In this document: positions 18,892 through 27,933 of the stretch, one piece after another
How positions within the stretch are numbered: position 1 is the first letter of the stretch
Layout: every line of letters begins with the position of its first letter
Assembly: GCA_965207065.1 (NCBI GenBank)
Contig: OZ242260.1
Coordinates: 4,160,001-4,224,000 of the forward strand
DNA from: a bacterium
GTDB taxonomy: Bacteria; UBA8248
DNA length: 64,000 nucleotides
Direction: 5' to 3'
The notes under the pieces: model-generated
The model's input: only the letters and a program-made list of their open reading frames with translations
What the model was told of the DNA's origin: nothing
The model's database searches: none
Program-made: the position numbers and the translations under genes

Positions 18892-19953
18892 ATGACGATC
18901 AAGAAACTAACGACGATCGGATTTATGATCTGTGCGCTGAGCGTCGCGCTCATGGCGTCGGGTGTCGGCGAAGTGGACGCCGCGAAGCGCATACGCTGGA
19001 AAATGGCGAGTTGGTTCCCGAGCAAATTGACCCAGCTCGGCTCGATGGGCAAAGCCATGGTCGACCGTCTGGAGCGGGTTTCCGGCGGCAACATCAAGAT
19101 CAGGTTCTTCGAGCCCAACGCGCTGATCCCGGCCAAGGAGTGCTTCGACGCCGTTGCCAAGGGCTCGGTGGACGCGTGCTGGTCGACGCCCGGCTACTGG
19201 TACGGCAAGGAGCCTGCGCTCGCCATGTTCGCCGCCGTTCCCTTCGGCCCCAGAGCCGGCGAATATATGGGCTGGATTTTCTACGGCGGCGGCTACAAGC
19301 TCTGGGACGAGATTTACAAGAAGCACGGTCTGAAATCGCTGCCCTGCGGCGTCATCGCGCCCGAAGCTTCGGGCTGGTTCCGCAAGGAGATCAAGAGCAT
19401 CGATGACTTGAAGGGTCTCAAGATGCGCTTCTTCGGGCTGGGCGCGAAGGTCATGCAAAAAATCGGCGTTTCCACCCAGCTCATCGCGGGCGGCGACATC
19501 TTCCCGGCGCTCGAGCGCGGCTCCATCGACGCGACGGAATACTCGATGCCCGCGATCGACCTCAACCTCGGCTTCTACCAGGTGGCGAAGCATTACTACT
19601 TCCCCGGCTGGCACCAGCAGTCGACGGTATTTGAATTGCTGCTGAACAGAAAGAAGTGGGATGCGCTCAACGACACCCAGCAGGCGCAGATTGAGGTGTC
19701 GTGCGGCGACGCGTTCCGCCAGGGGCTCGCCGAGGGCGAGGCCATCCAGGGCAAGGCTCTGGTCGAACTCAAGAAGAAGGGCGTGCAGATCCATCGCTGG
19801 CCCCAGTCGATCCTGGACACGCTCGAGAAGAAATGGGCCGAAGTCGCAGCAGCGGACGCCGCGCGCGACGCGACCTTCAAGAAGGTCTGGGAATCCTACA
19901 GCGCGTTCCGCAAGGAATACGCGGTATGGAAGGACCTCGGATACTTGAGGTAA
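18892..19953 (+). CDS. dctP: TRAP transporter substrate-binding protein (DctP/TakP-like)
   Basis: Signal peptide, GWFRKEI, LKGLKMR, ALERGSIDATE, YYFPGWH. Confidence 0.92.
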   Translation: MTIKKLTTIGFMICALSVALMASGVGEVDAAKRIRWKMASWFPSKLTQLGSMGKAMVDRLERVSGGNIKIRFFEPNALIPAKECFDAVAKGSVDACWSTPGYWYGKEPALAMFAAVPFGPRAGEYMGWIFYGGGYKLWDEIYKKHGLKSLPCGVIAPEASGWFRKEIKSIDDLKGLKMRFFGLGAKVMQKIGVSTQLIAGGDIFPALERGSIDATEYSMPAIDLNLGFYQVAKHYYFPGWHQQSTVFELLLNRKKWDALNDTQQAQIEVSCGDAFRQGLAEGEAIQGKALVELKKKGVQIHRWPQSILDTLEKKWAEVAAADAARDATFKKVWESYSAFRKEYAVWKDLGYLR

Positions 19954-19998
19954 TACCCGTGTGACGGCGCGCTGCGCCGTCTCGCTTGCAAAACTTAC

Positions 19999-20039
19999 AG
20001 GCGCCGGAACCGTAACGGTCACGGTTCCGGCGCCTTTTT
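19999..20039 (+). terminator. Intra-operon hairpin/terminator after dctP
   Basis: 15-bp stem AGGCGCCGGAACCGT/ACGGTTCCGGCGCCT followed by a T-run. Confidence 0.75.
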
Positions 20040-20067
20040 CGCGTACGTTGCGCCGGGAAGCCTATTG

Positions 20068-20646
20068 ATGCGGCAACTGTTTCGAATACAAGAGTTTCTC
20101 GCCCGGATCGTGGTCAGCGTCGGGAAGCTCAGCGCCTGGCTCTCGATTCCGCTGATGTTCGTCATCATCTTCGACGTCGTGACCCGGCGCTTCCTGGTGC
20201 TGGGATCGACCAAGCTGCAGGAAGCCGAGTGGCACCTGCACGCGATCCTGTTTTTACTGTGCATCGGCTTCTGCTATATCGAGGACGCCCACGTTCGGAT
20301 CGACCTGCTTCGAGAGCGGCTGAGTTTGCGCGCCAGGGATTGGGTCGAGTTCATCGGCTGCATCATCTTCGTGATCCCCTATTGCCTCATCGTCACCTAT
20401 TTCGCCGAGGACTTCGTCGAGAGGTCCTGGGCGGTCGGCGAGGCCTCGGACTCCGCGACCGGCCTCCCCTATCGTTGGGCGATCAAGGCGGGCCTGCCGA
20501 TCGGGCTGTTCGTCCTGCTCCTCTCGGGGATCACCATTCTGCTGCGCAAGATCATCGAGTTGTTCGGCCCGGCGGACCTCAGAGAACTCATCCCCCGGAA
20601 GGAAGAACGCACGACCGAACAGATCGACCAGATCGGGCCGAACTAG
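20068..20646 (+). CDS. dctQ: TRAP transporter small permease
   Basis: LQEAEWHL, HVRIDL, 4 TM segments. Confidence 0.9.
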   Translation: MRQLFRIQEFLARIVVSVGKLSAWLSIPLMFVIIFDVVTRRFLVLGSTKLQEAEWHLHAILFLLCIGFCYIEDAHVRIDLLRERLSLRARDWVEFIGCIIFVIPYCLIVTYFAEDFVERSWAVGEASDSATGLPYRWAIKAGLPIGLFVLLLSGITILLRKIIELFGPADLRELIPRKEERTTEQIDQIGPN

Positions 20647-20658
20647 GGACGCCTGCGC

Positions 20659-22023
20659 ATGTTCTATATCGAAGACTACCTGCCGGCCTCCATGTTCATC
20701 ACCCTGGCGATTCTGCTGTTCTCGGGCTTCCCGGTCGGATTCGTTCTCGGCGGCGTGGGCCTCGCCTTCGGCTTCATCGGCATGTATTTCGAGGTTTTCT
20801 CCCAGGTCGAGTTCTTCAACCTCGTGCTCCGCATCTGGGGATTCGCAGACAACCTGGTGCTGGTGGCGATTCCGATGTTCATCTTCATGGGGACGATGCT
20901 GGAACGCTCCGGCGTCGCCGCCAATCTCCTGTACTGCCTCCAGGTGCTGCTGCGGCGCACACCGGGCGGGCTGGCGCTCGCCGTCACGGTCATGGGCACG
21001 ATCCTCGCGGCGACGACCGGCATCATCGGCGCATCAGTGGTGATGATCAGCCTGATGGCGCTGCCGGTCATGGTCGAGCGCGAGTACAACCTGGAGCTCG
21101 CGACAGGCACCATCGCCGCCTCGGGCACGCTCGGGATACTGATACCGCCCAGCATCATGCTGGTCATCATGGCCGATCTTCTCGGGCGTTCGGTGGGAAC
21201 CCTGTTCGTCGCGGCCATCTTCCCCGGCCTGATACTATCGGGGCTTTACTTCATCTATATCTTCACCAGATGCGCTCTGAACCCCGCCCTGGCGCCGCGC
21301 CTGCCCAAGGAGATGGGTCCGCAGACGTCGGGCGAACTGCTCCTCCTATTGCTCAAGGGCCTGGTGCCGGCGGTGTTCCTGATCGTCCTGGTGCTGGGGT
21401 CGATAGTCGCCGGTTGGGCGACGCCCACCGAGGCGGCCGGGGTCGGCGCGGCCGGTGCGACGCTGCTCGCCATCGTCAACCGGCAGCTGACCTGGTCGGT
21501 CCTGAAAGACGTGGTCGAGCGCACCTCACTCACCAACGCGATGCTGTTCTTTATCTTCGTCGGGGCGACCGCCTTCTCCTACGTCTTCCGCTCGCTAGGG
21601 GGCGACGACTTCATCCAGGACGTGATCTATTCCGTGGGGACGAACCCCTGGTGGATCCTGATGATCCTGATGGCGGTGACTTTCATCCTCGGGTTCTTCT
21701 TCGACTGGATCGAGATCACGCTCATCGTGCTACCTGTGTTCGCGCCGATCCTCGCCGAACTGGATTTCGGCGACCACCTGCCCAAGAGCGAGGTCATCTA
21801 CTGGTTCTCGATTCTGATGGCGGTCAACCTGCAGACATCGTTCCTCACGCCGCCGTTCGGCTTCGCCTTATTCTATATGAAGGGAGTCGCCCCGCCCCAG
21901 GTGCGTCTCCAGCAGATTTATCGCGGGATTATCCCCTTCGTACTCCTGCAGCTCATCGGGCTGGGGCTGGTCATCGTCTTCCCCGAAATCGCCATGTGGC
22001 TGCCGAGGGTGCTGCTCGACTAG
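20659..22023 (+). CDS. dctM: TRAP transporter large permease
   Basis: AIPMFIFMG, GTLGILIPPS, ATPTEAA, TPPFG. Confidence 0.93.
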   Translation: MFYIEDYLPASMFITLAILLFSGFPVGFVLGGVGLAFGFIGMYFEVFSQVEFFNLVLRIWGFADNLVLVAIPMFIFMGTMLERSGVAANLLYCLQVLLRRTPGGLALAVTVMGTILAATTGIIGASVVMISLMALPVMVEREYNLELATGTIAASGTLGILIPPSIMLVIMADLLGRSVGTLFVAAIFPGLILSGLYFIYIFTRCALNPALAPRLPKEMGPQTSGELLLLLLKGLVPAVFLIVLVLGSIVAGWATPTEAAGVGAAGATLLAIVNRQLTWSVLKDVVERTSLTNAMLFFIFVGATAFSYVFRSLGGDDFIQDVIYSVGTNPWWILMILMAVTFILGFFFDWIEITLIVLPVFAPILAELDFGDHLPKSEVIYWFSILMAVNLQTSFLTPPFGFALFYMKGVAPPQVRLQQIYRGIIPFVLLQLIGLGLVIVFPEIAMWLPRVLLD

Positions 22024-22241
22024 CGCATTTCGGCCTCCTCTGCTCCACACCCTGAACACCTCGCAAATCTGACGATTCACTGGAGAGCATGGCGTCTCGC
22101 CGCATAAACCGCGACGGATCATTTTTCTTCACTTGGCCGGACAACCCGTATAGACTTGTCCCTGACTCCCTATCCGCACGGGATATCGGAGTCATGCCGC
22201 AAATTACCGCCAATACGAAAAAGCAAAACGGGGGGCCATCG

Positions 22242-23189
22242 TTGGCTGAAAATCACAAAAAAATCCTGTTGACCGGCGCGACCGGATACATCGGGGGAAG
22301 GCTGCGCCGCCGCCTCGAAGCCGACTCGCGCGAGGTTCGGTGCCTGGCGCGCCGCCCCGAAATCCTTGAAGCGCAGGTCGCGCCGAGTACCGAGGTGGTG
22401 CGCGGCGACCTCTTAAGGCCGGAAACGCTCCCGGCGGCCATGCGCGGCGTATCCACGGCCTACTACCTCGTGCACTCGATGGCGTCCGGTGGGGACTTCG
22501 CCGCAGAAGACCGAGAGGCCGCAAAGGGGTTCGCATCCGCGGCCCGTGCTGCAGGCGTGGAGCGCATCGTCTATCTGGGCGGGCTCGGTGGCGAGGATGA
22601 ACTGTCCGACCACCTTGCGAGCAGGCAGGAGGTGGGCCGCATTCTCCGGGATTCCGGCGTGCAGACGGTCGAGCTGAGGGCCTCTATCATCATCGGTTCG
22701 GGAAGTCTCTCGTTCGAGATGATCCGTGCGCTGGTGGAGCGGCTGCCCGTCATGGTGACGCCCCGCTGGGTACGCACGCTCGCCCAGCCGATCGCCGTCG
22801 AGGACGTCATCGAATACCTTATCGCCGCTCTCGACGCGCCCGACGGGCCGAGCCTCGTCCTGGAAATAGGGGGAGCCGACCGCGCCTCCTACGGGGACAT
22901 CATGGCGGAATACGCCCGCCAGCGTGGACTGCATCGAGTGATGATCGCCGTTCCGGTGCTTAGCCCACGCCTCTCCAGTCTGTGGCTCGCGCTGGTTACT
23001 CCCTTATACGCCAGGGTCGGGCGCAAACTCGTCGAAAGCCTCCGCAACGAGACAACCGTCGGCGACGCAAGCGGCATGGGGATGTTCGATATTCGCCCTC
23101 ACGGATTGGCCGAAGCGATCAGGCAAGCGCTGGCCGACGAAGATTCGCAGGTTCGTGGAGAGAAGCGAAGAATGTCCGCGCCGGTATGA
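22242..23189 (+). CDS. NAD(P)-binding atypical SDR (YbjT-like); start uncertain
   Basis: LTGATGYIG, YYLVHSM, LRASIIIGSGSLSFE, QPIAVED. Confidence 0.82.
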   Translation: MAENHKKILLTGATGYIGGRLRRRLEADSREVRCLARRPEILEAQVAPSTEVVRGDLLRPETLPAAMRGVSTAYYLVHSMASGGDFAAEDREAAKGFASAARAAGVERIVYLGGLGGEDELSDHLASRQEVGRILRDSGVQTVELRASIIIGSGSLSFEMIRALVERLPVMVTPRWVRTLAQPIAVEDVIEYLIAALDAPDGPSLVLEIGGADRASYGDIMAEYARQRGLHRVMIAVPVLSPRLSSLWLALVTPLYARVGRKLVESLRNETTVGDASGMGMFDIRPHGLAEAIRQALADEDSQVRGEKRRMSAPV

Positions 23190-23305
23190 TTTCCGGCGCG
23201 CCCGGCAGCCTTGACAAGCCTGCGCCCGCTTCCCTATAAACCCCTTACGCTTGGGAGCCGGCGCCGATTCCGGTAGAATGCCGACTCAGGCGGAACGCCT
23301 CTCAC

Positions 23306-23380
23306 TCCGGCGTAGCTCAACGGCAGAGCAATCGGCTGTTAACCGATGGGTTGTAGGTTCGAATCCTACCGCCGGAGCCA
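23306..23380 (+). tRNA. tRNA-Asn (GUU)
   Basis: TCCGGCG acceptor stem, TAGCTCA D-arm, ATCGG-CTGTTAA-CCGAT anticodon arm, GGTTCGAATCC T-arm, encoded CCA. Confidence 0.97.
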
Positions 23381-23405
23381 AAGTTCTTTGTGGTTTATCC
23401 CACAC

Positions 23406-23756
23406 TTACGCTTCATACGCCTTCGAGACGAAATCCGAGAGCGCCTCTTTCACGAGGGCGTTCATGCTCCGGCCACGCAGGGCTGCAATGCGGGCGATTT
23501 GCTCATGAAGTTCCGCTCCCGGTCGAACGTTGAATGAACCGCTATAGGGCTTGTTCGGCGCGATTCCTTCAGTCTTGCACGTTTCCAGATAATCATTCAC
23601 TGAATCCTGAAACGCTTTCTTCAACTCTTTGGCGGTCTCAGCTTCGTACGTAATCAAATCACGCACATGGAGCACCTTGCCATGCAAGATTTCGCTTTCC
23701 TCGTCATATTCAATGGATCCCTGATAATTCTTGTACCTCAATACCGCTCCGATCAT
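23406..23756 (-). CDS. hicB: HicB-family antitoxin
   Basis: YKNYQGSIEY, VNDYLETC, KPYSGSFNVR RHH tail. Confidence 0.9.
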   Translation of the reverse strand: MIGAVLRYKNYQGSIEYDEESEILHGKVLHVRDLITYEAETAKELKKAFQDSVNDYLETCKTEGIAPNKPYSGSFNVRPGAELHEQIARIAALRGRSMNALVKEALSDFVSKAYEA

Positions 23757-23818
23757 CTTTGGCCCCTTTCCATCCTCGTGATCAAATCTGTTTCCCTGCA
23801 TTTCCCTTCAGATGAATT

Positions 23819-24073
23819 TCACAACAAACCACCTTCCTCCAACTTCTTTCTTACCTCGCGTATGATATATGGCTTCAACTTGTCTTCGGCATGGGGTTGG
23901 TGAAGGAAAATCCGGGGAGCCAACGAGTGAATGAACTTTCGCCGGGAGCCACCCGTTCTTCCTCCCATTGACTGCCTATAACCCAACCCCTCCAATAACA
24001 GAACCAATTCGTTCCAAGTGAAATTCTTCGGATTCTTTCTGAATTTATTCAGCAGCTTTTCGTGTTTGCTCAT
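23819..24073 (-). CDS. hicA: HicA-family toxin
   Basis: FTWNEL, GGSRRKF, LHQPH, KPYII; upstream of hicB. Confidence 0.88.
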   Translation of the reverse strand: MSKHEKLLNKFRKNPKNFTWNELVLLLEGLGYRQSMGGRTGGSRRKFIHSLAPRIFLHQPHAEDKLKPYIIREVRKKLEEGGLL

Positions 24074-24126
24074 TGTTCCCTTGTCAATTTATCAGCAGAA
24101 CAAACATTATGACGCACCTATTATTC

Positions 24127-24177
24127 AGTTGCATTATAGAGCAAACTTGCGGGAATGCAACTATATTATCGTTGCAT
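24127..24177. promoter_or_regulatory. Candidate HicB operator palindromes
   Basis: AGTTGCATT/AATGCAACT inverted pair and ATGCAAC-N9-GTTGCAT upstream of hicA. Confidence 0.45.
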
Positions 24178-24317
24178 AGATATTCAAGCGTGGATATTCA
24201 ATTTACAAATCAGGGATACTTAGACTCGACCCGGAACAACGACGAGCGCGAAAGAAAATTCTATATGGGACACTCACCCCACACTACTGGTACTTTCCTT
24301 CTTCCAGTCGATTCCCC

Positions 24318-25445
24318 TCAAACGCCGCTTTTCGCTTCCTCCAGGGTAGCGACGTTCCTCGGGTGCGCATTGCGGCGGCGCTTGTCGACGCGGATTTGCA
24401 GGCGCGCTGCATCGGTGGGACTCAGGCCCGCTTCCTTCAGTTCGCTCCGGCTGAACCCCTTACCGGGCCGCCAGTTCCCACGGCCATCTCTTACGAGAGG
24501 GAGGTATCCGTTATCCGAGGGCTCTTCCGGCTGCACCAGAGGCGCTTCGGCGGCCACCGGGCCAGCCTCCTGCGCGCGCTCTTCGGGGATATCCGGTTCA
24601 GGTGTTGTCGCCTCCACGGCGCTTTCGGCTACCTCCGAGACGGCTTCTTCGTTTTCGAGTGGTAGTTCTTCCTTATCCGGCGACTCTTCCGGCGAGGCTT
24701 CCGATTCCGTCTCGGTCAGCGTCTCGAGATCGAGTCCATCTTCCTCATACGGCGCTGCATCACTCTGCGGCAACGGCTCATGCGGCGAGACATCCTTGAC
24801 CGGCGCCTCCGGGGGTTCCTCGGCCCCCTGAACGATATCGTCCATGGCTTCCGGATCACTCTCTTGAGGAGTTTCCGTCTCGGGCGGGGAAGTCTCAACA
24901 ACGCTTTCGAGCTGGAGTTCTTCAACTTCCTGAACAGGATCGTCCGCAGCTTCCGGATCGATTGCTTGAGAGAATCCCGGCTCGGGCGCAGACGCTTCCG
25001 CTACACTTTCCGCTGCGACTGAGAGTGCTCCATCATCTTGCTCAGACGTCTCCGCCTCACCCGGCGACGCTTCTGATTCCGTTTCGGTCAGCGAATCGAG
25101 TTCGAGGCCATATTCCTCGAACGGAGCGGCTTCAAGAGATGGTTCCGGCGCATCCGGCGTCTCATCCGAGACCGGCGCCGTCAATGATTCCAGGGCGGGG
25201 GCAGGACCGCTATCACCAGCGTCCGCTCCGTTTGCCGAATCCATGCGCGGCGGCTCATCGGCAGCCAGCAGTTCCAATTCTTGATGAGAGTCATAGCCGC
25301 TGTCCTCCGTATCTCCCGCCGTATAGGGAACTCCCGGCTCGATGGCCGAAGGAGGCGGAATTTCGTAAGTTTCTTCTTCCGGCTCGGCAGAGGTGGAACC
25401 CTTGCGACGCGTCATACGGCTCAAAAAATTTTTTCTCATGATCAT
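24318..25445 (-). CDS. Acidic low-complexity protein with C-terminal eL13 (L13e)-like domain
   Basis: C-terminus RPGKGFSRSELKEAGL...IRVDKRRR..H..NV.TL; E/P/A/S-rich repeated N-terminal region. Confidence 0.72.
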   Translation of the reverse strand: MIMRKNFLSRMTRRKGSTSAEPEEETYEIPPPSAIEPGVPYTAGDTEDSGYDSHQELELLAADEPPRMDSANGADAGDSGPAPALESLTAPVSDETPDAPEPSLEAAPFEEYGLELDSLTETESEASPGEAETSEQDDGALSVAAESVAEASAPEPGFSQAIDPEAADDPVQEVEELQLESVVETSPPETETPQESDPEAMDDIVQGAEEPPEAPVKDVSPHEPLPQSDAAPYEEDGLDLETLTETESEASPEESPDKEELPLENEEAVSEVAESAVEATTPEPDIPEERAQEAGPVAAEAPLVQPEEPSDNGYLPLVRDGRGNWRPGKGFSRSELKEAGLSPTDAARLQIRVDKRRRNAHPRNVATLEEAKSGV

Positions 25446-25660
25446 GCCGCCCTCTTTGAGGTCAAAACCCGTTACGTGGAAAAATTAACGTCCAGATATT
25501 GCAGGGGCGGTAAAAGATGGGAGCAAACCAACATTTTCAGACTAGCGATTCCAAAGACTTTGTGTCAAGCGGCGCGCGTGTGCAGATGGGCCAGGGCGAC
25601 CACACAAAAGGGGAATCAGCGGAGACCGAGCGAGCATCACTTGTTCAAACCGAATACGGG

Positions 25661-25978
25661 CTACACATCCTTTTGATAGATCGTTTGCAGGTCTCGCTCG
25701 AGATCTTCGAGGTCGTATTGCACCGGCGTTTTGCGGGTGCGCGCATAGTCCATCATTTCCCACAGGGAAACCCCCGCATCGCGGGCGGCCCGCGCGAGGG
25801 TCACCTTCCCGTCCCCGTACAGGCGGGCGTAGTGCTCCAGCTTCCACTGACGGACTGCGCTCGACAGCAGCTTTCGCAGGGTGGTCGACCGGTCGGACTG
25901 CTCCACGTTCTCGATGAGTTCCAGTTCGCGGATCAATTCCAGGGGAAGCCTCGCACCCACCATTCGTTCTTTTTTCAT
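25661..25978 (-). CDS. UPF0175-family antitoxin-like protein with N-terminal RHH
   Basis: LYGDGKVTLARAARDAGVSLWEM, YDLEDLERDL. Confidence 0.82.
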   Translation of the reverse strand: MKKERMVGARLPLELIRELELIENVEQSDRSTTLRKLLSSAVRQWKLEHYARLYGDGKVTLARAARDAGVSLWEMMDYARTRKTPVQYDLEDLERDLQTIYQKDV

Positions 25979-26490
25979 CTCTTCCCCTCTCGTGCAATTC
26001 TCAGAACTTCCGCCACCACGGACGGGGAAAGCCACAAAAATTGAGTGATATCCTGAACCGTGACTTCCAGTTTCTCCAGGTCGAGATGTCCACGCATGTA
26101 CGCTTCCAACAATGCGCCGATGGTGCCCAAGTGTTCAATTCCCGCAGCGGCGGCCACGCTGCGTGCTTCTTTGTCATCAACGAGCAGATGCAAGCTTCGC
26201 ACACTCGCAAGCGCGATGGATTCAGTCTCCCCTTGATCAAGCCGGGAACGAGCACCTAGTTGCTGCAACAGGTTCTGCTCTTCAGAAGTCAAACAAACCG
26301 TCTGCAGCCAACCATCTTCCATTGCGGCTTCGAGCTGCTCCACACCCAAGGCGCGAACAACCTTGCCGGCATCGATTGTTTCCTCCTTCACTACAGGCCC
26401 TATCAACACCTCATCGTAGAGTTCTTTCAAGAGCCTCAGCCGACCAACCTTGGCAAATACGATCAAAGGGGAGGCATCGGCTACGATCAT
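25975..26490 (-). CDS. DUF3368-type PIN domain protein
   Basis: IVADASPLI, LDQGETESIALA, LVDDKEAR, GTIG. Confidence 0.87.
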   Translation of the reverse strand: MIVADASPLIVFAKVGRLRLLKELYDEVLIGPVVKEETIDAGKVVRALGVEQLEAAMEDGWLQTVCLTSEEQNLLQQLGARSRLDQGETESIALASVRSLHLLVDDKEARSVAAAAGIEHLGTIGALLEAYMRGHLDLEKLEVTVQDITQFLWLSPSVVAEVLRIAREGKR

Positions 26491-26615
26491 TCTCCCTCCT
26501 GAAGGACATCACACCAAGTCATTGCAATATGATAACAAATTATACTTTTGTTTACAATATGGCTGCACACGTCCCATCCTGCCTGCTGCTCAGCAAAGCG
26601 ACTGCTCTCTCCTTC

Positions 26616-27377
26616 TCATCCCACCTCACCCGCGAGTTCCTCGGCGGTTTTGATGATGAGTTCGATGTCCGCATCCCGCGAGAGACGGTGGCCGCCGTCC
26701 TTGACGAGGGTCAGGCGAACGTCGTCGCCTTTCAAGGCCCTCGCCAATTTCAGGGAAACCTCCCAGGAGACGGTCTCATCGGCCATTCCGTGGATGAGGC
26801 GCACCGGGCATGTCACATCGATCTCGCCGCGCAGGAGCAGGTGGTTGTCCCCCTCATCGAGCAGCTTTTTGGTGACGCGGTACGGCTCCTCCCAGATGTT
26901 GGGCGCGTGCATGACGAATCCGCGCTCGTCGAGTTCTCTCCGCATCTGCTCGGTGAGCCTGTGCTTCTTGAAGCCCGCCGTGAAATCAGGGCCCGACGCT
27001 ATGCCCACCAGGCCCTTCACGCGTTCGGGTCGGGCGAGTGCGGCGAGCAGCATCATCCAACCGCCCATGCTGGAACCCACGAGCACCTGGGGACCCTGCG
27101 CGACTTCGTCCAGCACCGCGAGGGCGTCCCCCGCCCATTCGCCGATGGTTCCGTCCTCGAAATTACCCGAGGATTCCCCGTGTCCGCCGTAATCGAAGCG
27201 GACGTAGGCGCGGCCCACTTTCCGGCAATGGGCTTCGAGCGCGCTCGCCTTCGTCCCGCTCATGTCCGAACGGAACCCGCCCAGGAACATCAGGCCGGGC
27301 GATTCGCCTTCCAGACGGAACCAGGCGAGCGAAGTCCCGTTCTCCCTGTGCAGAAACTTTGATGCGGAGTCGGACAT
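26616..27377 (-). CDS. Alpha/beta hydrolase (ABHD10-like)
   Basis: GFRSDMSGTKA, GSSMGG, GHRLSR. Confidence 0.88.
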   Translation of the reverse strand: MSDSASKFLHRENGTSLAWFRLEGESPGLMFLGGFRSDMSGTKASALEAHCRKVGRAYVRFDYGGHGESSGNFEDGTIGEWAGDALAVLDEVAQGPQVLVGSSMGGWMMLLAALARPERVKGLVGIASGPDFTAGFKKHRLTEQMRRELDERGFVMHAPNIWEEPYRVTKKLLDEGDNHLLLRGEIDVTCPVRLIHGMADETVSWEVSLKLARALKGDDVRLTLVKDGGHRLSRDADIELIIKTAEELAGEVG

Positions 27378-27384
27378 TTTCGTT

Positions 27385-27918
27385 TCAGGATGAATTGTTG
27401 AGATGTTCGAGCAACTGCGCGGCGACGCCGCGGACGGCGGCTTCCGCTTCCTCGTCCACGCAACGCCCATCCTCGTCGAAGACGTTGTGGACGCTCCCGA
27501 CCGAGGCCTGGCCGGGCAGAACCTCTCCGCCGATGTGGGTGAGAATCTGTCTCAGGTGCGCGAGGGCGTTGTCCGCACCCGGCCCCATCGCCACGCCGAA
27601 TATGGCGATGGTCTTCCCCTCGAAGGTGGAGGGATAGCCCAGGTTGTCGATCGCCAGCTTGAGCGTGCTGCTGATGCTGCCGTGGTACTCGGGCGTCGCG
27701 ATGAGGATGCCCGCCGCCTCCGTGACGAGTTGCTTGAGCATATCGGGGTCTTTCGAGTCGCTCGGCTGCCCGGGCAGGGGGAGATCGAGTTCGCCCAAGT
27801 GGATGCGGTTGATCTCGAAACCACCCTTTCCCAACTCATCGAGCGCGAGCGCAAGGGCTTTATCGGTATTGTTTTGCGGCCGGCGGCTGCCGCCGAAGAC
27901 GAGTATATAGGGGGTCAT
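27385..27918 (-). CDS. NADPH-dependent FMN reductase
   Basis: GGSRR, TPEYHGSISSTLKLAID. Confidence 0.9.
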   Translation of the reverse strand: MTPYILVFGGSRRPQNNTDKALALALDELGKGGFEINRIHLGELDLPLPGQPSDSKDPDMLKQLVTEAAGILIATPEYHGSISSTLKLAIDNLGYPSTFEGKTIAIFGVAMGPGADNALAHLRQILTHIGGEVLPGQASVGSVHNVFDEDGRCVDEEAEAAVRGVAAQLLEHLNNSS

Positions 27919-27933
27919 TTCAGGGTTTTTCGA

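Noticed and set aside
22242-23189. YbjT-like gene as a truncated pseudogene
   Set aside because: Shorter than two-domain homologs as I recall them, but the Rossmann domain is intact and no downstream remnant is visible; cannot be called
24090-24118. dif/Xer-like site (GTGCGTCATAA TGTTTG TTCTGCTGATA on - strand)
   Set aside because: XerD arm matches only about 6/11; better explained as the hicA promoter region
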